Assembly (NCBI RefSeq): GCF_020745735.1
Contig: NC_083409.1
Location: forward strand, 18,496,341 to 18,560,340
Direction of reading: 5' to 3'
Length of the DNA stretch: 64,000 nt
DNA from: Hemiscyllium ocellatum
Lineage: Eukaryota
Numbering within the stretch: the stretch's first letter is position 1; the number at the start of each line of letters is the position of its first letter. Shown here piece by piece: positions 23,235 to 35,339 of the stretch. The notes beneath the pieces are model-generated. The model made no database searches and was not told the origin of the DNA. It saw only the letters and a program-made list of their open reading frames with translations. The translations under genes and the position numbers were made by a program.

Positions 23235-25560
23235 CTCATAGTCATGGAGTCATACAGCGTGGAAACAGACATTTCAGTCCAACTTGCCTGAGTTAACCAG
23301 ATCTCCTAAATGACCTCATCCCATTTGCCAGCATTTGGCTTACATCCCTCTAAACCCTTCCTATCCATGTTCCCATCCCAATGTTGTAATTTTATCCGCC
23401 TCCGACACTTTCTCTAGCAGCTCGATCCAGACACACACCACCCTCTGTGTGACAAGTTACCGCTCGGGTCCCTTTTGAAACTTTTGCCTCTCACCTTAAA
23501 CCTATGCCCTCTTGTTTTGGACTCCCCTTACCAAGGAAAAGACCTTGGATATACACCTTGTCCATGCCCTTCATGATTTTCTGCACATCCATAAGGTCAC
23601 CCCGAGGCCTTAGACGCTGCAGGGAAAATAGGCCCATTTCTTCAGCCTCTCCCGACAGCTGAAACTCTCCAATTCCTGGCCACATCCTTGTAAATCTTTT
23701 CTGCTGCCTTTTAAGTTTAACAACATCCTTCCTATCTCAGGATGATCAGAATTGTTCACATTATTCCCAAAGTGGCCTCACCAACTGCTGTACAGCTGCA
23801 ACACGATGTCCCAACTCCTATACTCAATGCAGTGACCAATAAAAGTAAGCATACCCAACACCTTCTTCATCTCCCTGTCTACCTGTGACTCCACTGTCAA
23901 GGAATAATGCACCTGCACCTGCACCTTCACCCCTCGCTCTCTTTAGATTAGATTACTTACAGTGTGGAAACAGGCCCTTCGGCCCAACAAGTCCACACCG
24001 ACCCGCCGAAGCGCAACCCACCCATACCCTACATTTGCCCCTTACCTAACACTACGGGCAATTTAGCATGGCCAATTCACCTGACCAGCACATCTTTGGA
24101 CTGTGGGAGGAAACCCACGCAGACACGGGGAGAACGTGCAAACTCCACACATTCAGTTGCCTGAGTCGGGAATTGAACCCGGGTCTCAGGCGCTGTGAGA
24201 CAGCAGTGTTAACCACTGTGCCACCGTGCCACCCATGTTGCTTTGTTGAGCAACACTCCACGGGTCCCAACCATTAACCGTAAAAGTCCTGCCCTGGTTT
24301 GGCTTTGCAAAGTACAGCACTCACATTTATTGAATTAAACTCCATCTGCTATTCCTCAGCCCACTGGCCCAGTTGGTCAAGATCCCATTGTACACTTAGA
24401 CAGCCTTCTTCACTGGCCACAATGCCACCTGAAAATTTATCTGAACATACTCTCACAATTCTGGCCCCTCCTGCCTGTTACATTGCTATTACCCCAGTCT
24501 ATATTCAAAAATTAAAGAGCCATTTATAATGACTCTATCACGTTTGCAAGTATCTGCAAATTCCTTGCATTTGTATTCCTCTGCATCCTTCCCATTGGGT
24601 GGTGACTTATTGACTGCAGTGAAGATTCTGTGGTCCTTGGTGTTCCTCTCTGTTATTCCCTCCTGGCTCCCACAGACCTGCCAAGTTAGTTTAAACCCTC
24701 GCCAACAGCACTAGTAAATCACCCCAAAGGAACTCAGTCCCAGCTCGGTTCAGGAACAACACTGTCTGGTCTGTCCAGGTCCCATCTCCCCCAGACCCAG
24801 TCTCAATGTCCCAAGAATCTAAAGTCCTCCAACCTGGATCCTCTTTCAAGCTTCACATTCACCTGTGTTATCCTCCTATTTCTATTCTCACTTGGATGGG
24901 GCACTGGGAGCAATCCGGAGATTCCAATTTTTGAGCTCCCAGTGCTCATTCCCTCCAGAGCCCCCTAAATTCTGAATGCAGGACCACATCCCTTTCCTCC
25001 CTCTGTCATTGGCACTGATGTTGACCATGACTGCTGACTGTTCCCCCTCTCCCCTCAGGGTGCTCTGCAGCCGCTCAGAGACATCCTTGACCCTGGCACC
25101 AGAGAGACAACACACCATCCTGGATTCCCATCTATTACTGCAGAAACACCTATCGATTGCCCTCACTCTTGAATCTCCTCTCGCTATCCTTCTTCCTTGT
25201 GCCCCCCCGTACAGCGGAACCCTCCACCTTGGTGCCAGGGACTTGGCTCTGGCTGCACATCAGAGATGAATCATCATTCTCATCAGGATTCTGAACTGAA
25301 TCCCAGTTGGAGTGTGTGATGCACTCAGGGGATTCCTCTACTACCTGCCTGGTCCTTTTGGACTGTCTATTGCTCCCCCATTCCCTCTCTCCCTGCATAT
25401 TCTGAAACTGTAGAGTGACCACGTCTAGAAACATGTTCTCCATGGAGCTCTCAGCCTCACGGACGCTCCGCACTGACACCAGCTACTGGTCAAGCTCCGG
25501 AACCCGGAGTTCCAACTGCTGTCACTGACCACATTTCCTGCACTTATGGTATTCCAGGAG
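23235..25560 (-). mobile_element. Internally deleted CR1 (3' RT part 23235-24420; ORF1 part ~24700-25560)
   Basis: ORF 24888-25166 SRMVCCLSGARVKDVSERLQ...VMVNISAND (ORF1 esterase); RT 3' motifs at 23491-23685. Confidence 0.85.
23944..24234 (-). mobile_element. Young HE1-like V-SINE with small V-domain deletion
   Basis: Reverse complement of the 13985 copy; lacks the segment between the two GGAGGAAACC repeats. Confidence 0.9.
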
Positions 25561-26681
25561 CTAGGAAGCATTCTGAAGTTCCCACCTAAATGCGCACTCT
25601 CTTCACCCTTTGATCATCTCTTGGCAAAGTTCTGATGACAAACAGCTCCAGTAGGGCTCACAGTCCACTGGGTTCAGTGTTCCAGGGTTTTGGGGAAACT
25701 CTCCAGAAGACTTTAAGAAATAGGTGCAGAAATCAGCCATTCAGCCCATTGAATCTGCTCTGCCATTTGATCTTGGCAGATATGCTTCTCAACCCCATTC
25801 TCCTGCCTACTCCACAGGAACGTTCGATCCCCTTAACTCTCACGAACCTATCTATCTCTGTCTTAAATACACTCAGTGGCTTGGCTTCCACTGCCCTCTG
25901 TAACAATGAGTTCCACAGATTCACCACCCTCTGGCTGAAGAAATTCCTCCTCATTTCAGCTCGAAAGGGCTGGCCCTTCATTCTGAGGCTGTGCCTTAGT
26001 TACCGAGTCTCTCCTGTTTTTGGAAACATCTTCTCCCCATCCACTCTATCCAGGCCGATCAGTATTCTGTAAATTTCAATAAGATCCCTCCTCATCCTTC
26101 TAAACTCCAGCGAGTACAGACCCAGAGTCCCCGAGCACGCCTGATATGATAAGTCCTTCATCGTCTGGATCATTCTTGTAAACCCCTCCAATGCCAGCCC
26201 ATGGTTTCTTAGAATATGGGTCCAAAATCTGTCCACAATATTCCAAATGCAGTCTGACCAGAGCCTTACACAGCCTCAGCAGTACATCTCTGCTCTTGTA
26301 TTCTGGCCCTATTGAAATGAATGCTATCATTTCATTTGCCTTCCCAAGCACAAACTGGACCTGCCTGTTAACCTGAAGGGAATCCTGAATGAGGTTCGTG
26401 CTTTAGATTTCCAAAAGCTTTTCTTATTTAGTAAACAGTCTTTGCATCTCTTCTTCCTCCCAAAGTGCATACCCTCACACTGTCACACATTGTATTCTAT
26501 CTGCCACTTCTTTGCCCACTCTCCGAGTCTATCCAGGACCTTTTAGAGCCTTCCCACTTCCTCAACACTATCTGTCCCTCCACCTATCTCATGTCACCTG
26601 CAAACTTAGCAACAATGTCTTCACTTCCTTCATCCAGATTGTTAATGTATAACGTGAATATTAAGGTCCCAACATTTTGTC

Positions 26682-26754
26682 GGGGAATTAGCTCAAATGG
26701 TAGAGCGCTCGCTTAGCATGCGAGAGGTAGTGGGATTGTTGCCCACATTCTCCA
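26682..26754 (+). tRNA. tRNA-Ala(AGC), probably a pseudogene copy
   Basis: 73 nt GGGGAATTAGCTCAAATGGTAGAGCGCTCGCTTAGCATGCGAGAGGTAGTGGGATTGTTGCCCACATTCTCCA; anticodon AGC 26715-26717; acceptor, D, anticodon and T stems pair. T loop ATTGTTG instead of ATCGATG (B box damaged); TTTT at 26761-26764. Confidence 0.9.
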
Positions 26755-26834
26755 CAGTGCTTTTCCTGGGGACACGCTTGAGACGCAGGCAGTGTGACCT
26801 CGCGCGAAGCCTGCTGTATGGCTCCTGTCTTTAA

Positions 26835-27135
26835 GGGCGGCACGGTGGCACAGTGGTTAGCACTGCTGCCTCACAGCGCCAGGGACCTGGGTTCAATTCC
26901 CGCCTCAGGCGACTGACTGTGTGGAGTTTGCACATTCTCCCCGTGTCGGCATGGGTTTCCTCCGGGTGCTCCGGTTTCCTCCCACAGTCACAAAGATGTG
27001 CGGGTCAGGTGAATTGGCCATGCTAAATTGCCCGTAGTGTTAGGTTAGGGGTATGGGTGGGTTGCGCTTCGGCGGGTCGGTGTGGACTTGTTGGGCCAAA
27101 GGGCCTGTTTCCATACTGTAAGTAATCTAATCTAA
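26835..27135 (+). mobile_element. Young HE1-like V-SINE forming the 3' half of a tRNA-Ala/SINE composite
   Basis: Same young subfamily; ends AGTAATCTAATCTAA followed directly by AACATT, which also lies at 26671-26676. Confidence 0.9.
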
Positions 27136-29479
27136 AACATTGACCCCTACATGACTCTACCAGTCACCAACGGCCATTTTTCCTCACTCTCTGCTTTATG
27201 CCAACCTGCCAGTCCTCAGTCCATGCCAGTGCCTCGGCCCTCACACTTTATGCTCTTATCTAATGTCAAAGGCCTTCTAGAAATCCAAATACATTACTTC
27301 CTTTGACTCTCCTTTGTGTGAATGGCTCATTGCGTTCTCAAAGAATTCTAACAGATTTGCCAGGCATGACCTCCCCTTGATGAAGCCCTAGTTTACACTT
27401 GCACCTCCAAGTCCTCTGCAATTTCATCCTTAAATTGAAGTCTAAACCCTTACCAACAACTGAGTCCAGGATAACTGGCCAATAATTTCCCATCTTCTCC
27501 CTCCCTCCCTCCCTTCCTTCTTAAACAGGGCTGCTATGTGAGCCACTTTCCAGTCCCTTGCCCCCATCAAATCCCTGCCCACCACACTGTCATACCCTGA
27601 CTCCATTGATTCCTGAAAGATCATCTCCAATACCTCCATAATTTACTCAGTGATCTCCTTCAGAACACACTCATGTAGTTCATCTAGTCTGGGTGATTTA
27701 TCCACATTCAACCTTTCAGCTTTGATTCAATTCCTCTGCTATTTCTTCACTTCCTATAATACTTTCTCCAGCCTCATTTTCCGGCGATCCAATGTCTATT
27801 TTTGTCTTCCTCTTGCTTTTTATACATCTGATAAAACTCGTGCAATCTTCTTTTGTATTCCTGGCTAACTTACCCCCACATTTCCCCCTCTCCACCTTTA
27901 ATGCTTTTTTATTTATCCTCTCCAGGTTTTTAAAGGCTTTTAACCCTCTGGCTTCCCACTTTTCTCTATCACATTGCGTGTTTTTTTCTTTTGCTTTTAT
28001 GCTGTCCGTGACTTCCCTCACCAGCCATGGTTGCCTTGTCCTCCCCTTAGTATGTTTCTTCTTTTTTGGGATGAATTCCTACTCTGCTTCCTGAATTACC
28101 ACCAGAAACTCTGCTGTTTGCTGCCCCACCATTTTACCTGCGTGGCTCCCCTTCCAATCAATTCTGGCCAGCTCCTTCCTCATGTCTTTGTCGTTACCTT
28201 TACTCAACTGAAATACTGATCCATCTGATTGCAGCTTCTCCCTCTCAAACTACAGCCGGATTTCTATCATATTATGGTCACTTATCCAGAGGGATACTTT
28301 AACCTTCAGCTCATTAATCAAGTTTGCCTCATTCCACATCACTGAATCCAGACCTGCCTGTTCCATAATGGCTCAACCACAAGCTGCTCCAAAAACCATC
28401 TCGTAGACATCCATGAAATCTTTTTCTTGAGACGCGCTACCCAGTCCACCTATCCATTGAAGTCTGCCCTGACATTTTGTATGCGGCTTTTCTGTCTCCT
28501 GATTGATTTCCTTCCCCACACCCTGATTACTGCTTGGAGACCTGGACATAACTTGCATCAGATTCTTTATTTCTGGCGGTTCCTCAACTCTACCCACACA
28601 GATTCTACACCTTCTGACTCAAAATCACTTCTTGCTTTGATTTAATTTAATTTCGTACTAACAAGGCAACTCTTGCCCGTCAACCCATCTACCTCTCCTT
28701 TTCATAGGACATGTATTCTTGGATATTTAGTTCCCAGCCCAGATCCCCTTACATCCATGTCTCTGTGATACCCACGACATCGTACCTGCCAGATTCAATC
28801 TGCACTACCAGCTCATTGCGTATACTGTGTGCTTTTATGTACAACACATTCAGCCCTGCATTGACTGCCTTCCTTCTCATCATTATCCTCTTATCTGCTG
28901 TGCTTGATGCTCGACTCTTGTTCCTTTCTGTACTCTCTATTGTAGTATGTCTTATAGAAACTTGAATAACCTCTCTTGAGCCCTCCTCCACTTTAACTAG
29001 TTTAAATTCCTTGGAAACTCAATTTACCTCGATTTATGGCATCACTTTGTCTACCTTACTCGGAATGCTTCGTGCATTTAGATACAAACCCTTTAAGTTT
29101 GTTCTATCATTGATTTTCCCTGCACGTTTATGGTTCCTTTAATACTCAAAAATTCTATCCCTTCCTTTTATTTTCTGATAACAATCAATCCCATCCGTAA
29201 CCAGCAATCCTACCTTCTCCTTTACCTTCCATTTTCTCATTTTCCATCCAACTGAACCAAATTCCTTTCTCTTTGGGTTGAGTTCAGGACAATATTTATC
29301 CGTGGACCAACATCGTGAAGAATGCTCTTTGACCTCATTGCTTCTAGTGGGATCTTGCTGTGAAGAAACTGGCTGTCCCTTTCCTGACATTGCAACAGTG
29401 ACTTGTTTTAAAACAAAATGTAAATGACTTTGGGAGAGCCTGAGGTGTTAGGGGCTCGATTGAAATACAATTACAGTTA

Positions 29480-30150
29480 TGGAGATGTACAGCACGGAAA
29501 CTGACCCTTCAGTCCAAGTCATCCATCCTGACCAGATACCCTAAATTAATCTAGTCCCATTTGCCAGCATGAGGCCCATGTCGCTCTCAACCCTTCCTAT
29601 TCATATACCCATCCAGATGGCTTTTTAAATATTGTAATCATACCAGCCTCCACCACTCCCTCTGGCAGCTCATTCCAAAAATGCACCACCCTCTACATGA
29701 AAACACTACATCTTAAGGTCCCTTTTAAATCTTTCTTCTGTCACGTTCAATCTATGCCCTCTAGTTCTGGACTCCCCAACTCTGAAGAAAAGATCTACTC
29801 TATTCACCATATCTATTCCCCTCAAGATTTTATAAACCACTGTGTGGTCACCCCTCAGCCTCCAACAATCCAGGGAAAATAGTCTCAGTCTATTCATCTT
29901 CCTCCGATAGCTCAAACTCTCCAACTTTGGCAACACCCTTATAAAACTTTTCTGAAGCATTTTAAGGTTCACAATATTTTTCCTACAGCAGGGAAACCAG
30001 AATTACACACCGTATTCCAAAAGTGACCTAACCAATGTCTGACACAACCACAACAGTTCCCAACTCCAATACTCAATGCACTGCCCAATAAAGGAAACCA
30101 TCCCAAGTTACTTCATCACTCCCCTACCTACCTGCAACTTCACTTTCAAG
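29480..30150 (-). mobile_element. CR1 3' fragment
   Basis: ORF 29706-29972 LSYRRKMNRLRLFSLDCWRLRGD...VYKILRG. Confidence 0.85.
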
Positions 30151-30179
30151 GAACATTTTTTTTGATTGAACTGGGAGTC

Positions 30180-30410
30180 TTTCAGATGTGAAAGGTGCCA
30201 TTCCATGGCACTGTTGGATGAAGAGCAGGCAGTTCCTTCTGGTGGCCTGGTCAATATTTATCCCCCAATAAAAATCACTAAAAATCTATTTCTCTGCTAA
30301 TTATCACACTGTGTTTGGGATCTCACTGTGCAAAGTCTGCTGGAAAGAGCCATTGGGACATCCTGAGTTGGGGACAGGTGCTACACAAATGCAGGTCTTT
30401 CTTTAAGGTT
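30180..30410 (+). mobile_element. DeuSINE-like (Deu domain) SINE fragment
   Basis: CCATGGCACTGTTGGATGAAGAGCAGG...CCTGGTCAATATTTATCCC resembles the recalled Deu core; related fragments at ~29330-29460, ~49800-49930 and ~59000-59060 (-). Confidence 0.55.
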
Positions 30411-31247
30411 AGAGTCTCCTGATCCTGAACCTCTCCCATTGTCTGCGCACTCTCACCTTCCAGGAGGCATGGGGTCATTAGGAGCAGTGACCCTGCCTGA
30501 CCCCGGGACACTGAGGCTCTTTGCAGCTTCACCCTTGATCTCAGCCCAGTGTGGTGTGCAGCAAGGTTTGAAATGTATTCTGGAACATTCTACACAGACA
30601 CCCCAATGTGACTCCTTCCTGAAATGTTTGGATCCAAGTCTGCTCCAATGTTCTCGGATAAAGTTCTCCTCATCTGTGGGTAATCCAAGGTTTGTTAAAG
30701 AGGGATCGAGCTCCATCCCACTTTTTAGCTCTTGCTCCATAGCTCTGGAGGTTTTGATGTTCTAAGTGAATATCGAAGTGTTTTATCAATGTGATGAGGG
30801 TTTCTGCCTCTCCCACCCTTTCAGACAGTGAGTCCCAGATCCCATCAGCCTCTGGGTGAAAACAATTACTCCTCAATTCCCCCCGAACCCTGTCCCCAAT
30901 TCATTTCAATCTCTCCCCATGGTTATTGCCCTCTCTGCTGATGGAAATCAGTCCTTCCTACCAATTCTATCTCGGCCCTCATCATTTTACACGCCTTGAT
31001 CAAATCTCCCCTCAGCCTTCTCTGTTCCAAAGAAAACAGTCCCAGCCAAACCAATCATTCCTCAAAGCTAAAACTCCCCATTCCTGACAAAATCCTCCAC
31101 TGTCCCCATCACTAGGGGGACCATATCCTTCCTGTAATGTGGTGACCAGAACAGTACACTGTTCTCTCACTGCGCCCTAACTGGGGTTTTATACAGTTCC
31201 AGAATAAACAAATTTCTTGCTTTCGCTCTCAACCAAAAAGGAGACAA

Positions 31248-31595
31248 GGGAGGTGATGGTCTAATAGTATTATTGCTGAACTGTTAATCCAGAGATCCAG
31301 ATAATATTCTGGGGACCCGGGTTAGAATCCTGCCACAGCAGATGGTGGAATTTGAATTCAATAAAAAAATCTGGAATTAAGAATCTAATGATGACCATGA
31401 AACCATCGTTGATTGTCAGGAAAAAGCCATCTGATTTCCTAATGCCCTTTAGGGAAGGAAACTGTCATCTTTACCATGTGACACCAGACCCCCAGCAATG
31501 TAGTTGACTCTAAAATGCCCTCTGGAGATTAGGGATGGGCAATAAATGCTGCCGATCCAGCAATGCCCTCATTCTGTCAATGGAAAAAGAAAAAC
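31248..31595 (+). mobile_element. Second tRNA-derived SINE family
   Basis: Head with B box GGGTTAGAATCC; core CAGATGGTGGAATTTGAATTCAATAAAAAAATCTGGAATT; tail GGGCAATAAATGCTG. Partial copies at ~41170-41420, ~43888-44125 and ~49575-49705. Confidence 0.75.
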
Positions 31596-32898
31596 AGTTT
31601 ATCCCATGTGTCTTCTGAACCACCTCACTGACCTGCATTCATTAATCACCATGGCCACATCTTCCACCTCCACACACATCTGACTTCCAGCCTCAAGCTG
31701 ACGAGAGACATTCCTTCATTATCTGAGAAATGGACAGAAATATTAAACACAGGAGCATCAGTAGGCCATTCGGCCCCTCAAGCCTGCTCCACCATTCAAT
31801 ATGATCATGGCCGATCAGGCAACACTGTCCCCTGTTCCTGCTTGCTCCCCACATTCTTTGAACTCATTAATCTTAAGAACTGTATCTAATTCCTTCTTGA
31901 ACACATACCGCATCTAATTCCCTCATGCTGGTAAATTGATGAGAAGTATTGAGTTGTTTTTTGACACAATGATCCGTTGGGCCTTTTGGGTCGCTCTGAC
32001 TCTGACTCTATTATTAAATGTTATGAATAACTGGGTACCAAGGACTGATCCCTGTGGTACCCCAACTGGGAAATATCTGCCATTCAGAAAAAGACTCGCT
32101 CTTCCTGTCCTGTCTGCCAACCAGTTCTCAATCCATGTCAGTACATGACCCCAATCCTCTTGTTTGTTGGGATTTCTTCGATTTAGTTGGACATAGTTAA
32201 TCCTGTCTTTGCCTTCCTCAGATCCTGTTCAATGCCACCCCTGCATTTCCAATCCTCCTCTGGGCTTTCTGCAGATAACTCCAGATAACCAACATCACCT
32301 TCCCTGTTTGGTCTTCCCTACTCTGGCTGCCTTTTGACATCCCAGGCTGAGAGTCTAGATTAGGGAGTCCCACCCTTACTCATTGTGGGAACAGATTCTG
32401 AACAATCTCTGTCTTTTCTTTTGAGGGATTCCACTGCCCTGACACTGATTTCACATGATGGCGTTGGTTCCAGTCCACTTTTACTAAATTATCGCACAGT
32501 TTAGTAAAATAATTCATTCCCAAGTGAAAACGTTAACACTTGCTGCATGGTTCTCCATTTCCATCCCTACTCTCAATCTCACTGAGTTCTGATCACTGTC
32601 ACTAAACTGGTCCCCCATTGAGAGCCCTTCCAGCTGCCCACATTCATTCCCTAAACAAGAGTCCAAACCTGTTCCTTGTCTTTCCCCATCACCTTTTCAG
32701 GGCAATTACGGATGAGAAATAAATGCTGGCCCTGCTCGTGACACTCACTCCCAAGAAGCAATTTAAACAATACTTGTTTTTTTTTGTCGGGTTTGGTAGG
32801 TATTGGATACAAATGTTCAAACATTTTACCAGTGAATGTTCTGAGAGTTGAAGTTTCTTCAAATGGCAGGGATTAAAATTGTTTCTTTTGTCTTTCAG

Positions 32899-33227
32899 GC
32901 CGTGAGAACTCTCAGCCCAAGCTGACCCTGCTGCCCCCCTCCCTGGAGCAGGTCAATGCCAAGGGCACTGCCACCCTGGTGTGCTTTGCCAATCACTTCT
33001 ATCCCGATGAGCTGGAGGTGCAGTGGAAGAAGGATGGTGCAGTCATTTCGGACGGGGTTCAGACCAGCAACTACCTGCGAGCTTCGGACAGCACCTACAG
33101 TGTCAGCAGCCTGCTGACCCTCTCTGGGTCTGACTGGGAGTCCAACGCTCGCTTCTCCTGTGCCCTCACCCACGTGACCCTCCCCTCTCCCCTCAGCAAG
33201 AGCATAACGAGATCAGAATGTGTGTAG
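32899..33227 (+). CDS. IGKC: Ig kappa (NS4/type III) constant exon, open and intact
   Basis: TTTCAG acceptor; (S)RENSQPKLTLLPPSLEQVNAKGTATLVCFANHFYPDELEVQWKKDGAVISDGVQTSNYLRASDSTYSVSSLLTLSGSDWESNARFSCALTHVTLPSPLSKSITRSECV*. Both domain Cys, the Trp and the penultimate interchain Cys are present. Confidence 0.97.
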
Positions 33228-33750
33228 AGTGTTCAAGACAGTCTACGGAGGAGACACAACTTTAAATAGAACAGGGCTGAGCTGGCAGGACAAAGGTCAT
33301 TGTCAGCACTAAATGTCAACGCCCCTTCTTCTCAGGACTGACCGAGGGGACACTTCTGAGGTTTTGGAGTTAAGGTAGTTCATTGGGACAGCGTAGAGAG
33401 AGTCTTACCCTATGTAAAACCTCATGCTGTCCTTGTCCTGGGAGTGTTTGATGGGTCAGGGTTGACTTGTGATGCTAAGTAAAATCTCTTGAAGATGCTG
33501 AAAACTGTCAGCTGTACAAAACAATCTGAACCTCAGAAGTCTCTGCTTCAGTAAACCAGATCTCCTTCCTGCTCAGCCACCAGTTCCAATTTAAGGTTTT
33601 GTCACTGTTTAAAGGGACAGGATTCTCATGTTACTGAGAAAACCTCCACAAGTGTTTTCCTCAAGCACCATTGTGGCTGTGAATTTGAGCAGCTTCCTCT
33701 GTCTGGGCTGTTAATTTCAGTGTTTATTCTCCCAAAGTCAATCGAAACGG

Positions 33751-33756
33751 ATTAAA
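33751..33756 (+). terminator. Probable poly(A) signal of the kappa transcript (ATTAAA)
   Basis: ATTAAA ~520 nt after the C stop, followed by a GT/T-rich tract (GTCTCTGTTTCTGTGTGCTTTG). Confidence 0.5.
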
Positions 33757-34139
33757 GTTGAAGGAGATTCAGTCTCTGTTTCTGTGTGCTTTGGAAATGG
33801 ATCACTCCCTTCAGCTGATTGGATGCATTTCAGCATAGCATTGTCACAATTAGCTGTTTGGTCTGTCAATCAGTAAGACTTTCGTTGTAGTATGGACTGA
33901 CAGCCAATCATCAATCATTTTCAAATGATCCCCTTGATCTGGAAACTGTGGAGTTAACAAGTTTCCAAACAGAACAGAAACTGAAAGCTGTTGGGACTCA
34001 GTAATTACAATCTGAGGCATTCCGCCTTAACTCTTTTGATCCAGGTAGAGTTGCTGGGATAGTACTGTGCGTTCTTTGCTGCATGCTGGATAGTACCTGT
34101 AATGTTCTAAGGCCAGTCACTGAGAATGGAGGCTGTGTG

Positions 34140-34670
34140 TCTCTCTGAGTATGAGTGTGAGTGTGCGTGTATTACATAATGCTACCTAAGGTGTCAGTGT
34201 GAGTGTGGGTGTGTTATTCAGAGACATCAACATGCAGCACTGAGTAACATGTTCACACTCAGAGAGACACCTCCAGGCAGCATGGACTGTGAGTATGTTA
34301 CTCAGTGCTCAGAGTGTGGTGGTGGAAAAGCATAGCAGGTCAGACAACATCCGAGGAGCAGGAGAATCAATGCCTTCATCAGGAGAATTCCTTCATCACG
34401 ATGTCCAAAGCGTTGATTTTGCTGCTGCTCAGATGCTGTCTGACCTGCTGTGCTTTTCCAGTACCACGCTCTCGACTCTAAGCTCCAGCATCTGCAGTCC
34501 TCACTTTTGCCTTGTTACTCAGTGCTGCATGGCACTCTGAGTGTGTGTGTTACTCAGTGTTGCCTGTAGATATCTCTCTGAGTGTGTGTGTTATTCTGTA
34601 CTGCCTGTCAGTATCTCATTGAGTGTGAATGTGTTACTCTGTGCTGCCTGTAGGTGTCTCTGAGGTATTT
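34140..34670. repeat. ~40-bp minisatellite (GTGTGTGTTACTCAGTGCTGCCTGTAG...CTCTCTGA) with an inverted unit and an inserted palindromic element
   Basis: Direct units at 34515-34670; reverse-complement unit at ~34232-34283. Confidence 0.7.
34316..34510. mobile_element. Inverted pair of short Penelope-type elements
   Basis: Arms ~34316-34371 and ~34411-34467 are reverse complements; TCATCAG (CTGATGA on -) at 34376-34382. Confidence 0.7.
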
Positions 34671-34794
34671 GTCTCTGAGTGATGGATAGAGAATGGGCTT
34701 TGTGATGGGAATTGAAGATTTGGCTTTAATCGTCTCAAATCATGAATGAAAAATAGTTCAGTCTGAAATGGCGCCTCAGTGAGATGGCCAAAGT

Positions 34795-34875
34795 TAAAAA
34801 TCACACAACACCAGGTTATAGTCCAACAGGTTTCTTTGGAAGTACACGCTTTCAGAGCTCCTTCATCAGGCAGCT
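34795..34875 (-). mobile_element. Penelope-type terminal repeat (AAATCACACAACACCAGGTTATAGTCCAACAGG family) with decayed hammerhead core
   Basis: Minus strand CTGATGA-AG-GAGCTC-TGAAAGCG. Same family at ~45001-45070 and ~47660-47750 on +. Confidence 0.65.
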
Positions 34876-35339
34876 AGTGGGGCAGGATCATAGTTGACAG
34901 AATTTACAGTGAAATTGAGATGGCAACTGAGAAAGGTGAATATTGAGAGTGTGTTCTCAGTAAGGGAGGGATTTCAAAGGCAGTGGGCACTGTGCTCCCT
35001 AATGTGTTGCCTGATTACAAGGGGATTTTCTGGATCCAGGGTCATTGCAGTAGTGGCTGCCTGCCCAGCCAGTGCTGACTACCCATAGTCATATTTCAAT
35101 GGTCAATTAGCTCTACACTATGTGCAGTAATATTACCTTACAGAGAGGGGAGCTGTCTGAACGAGGGTGGTTGAATTCTTGCAGCCCCAAGAGGGGTTGC
35201 AGTGGATTAATGAAGGGTACGACTAACATGAAGGTGCCACCTTCTCTCCCCCTGCCTCAGCTGTGGTGACCCTTGGATTAAACTCACCACCATTTGGCTC
35301 TGTCTGTAATGAGTGAGTGGGACTATGCTCTTCTGGGAT

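Larger units (their letters stand above)
25715..28900 (-). mobile_element. Long degenerate CR1 ORF2
   Basis: Endonuclease start LNVLYIKAHSIRN...YDVVGITETW (ORF 28749-28991); WKVAHIAALFKK; RT C-terminus and RRNFFSQRVVNLWNSL (ORF 25733-25981). Confidence 0.88.
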
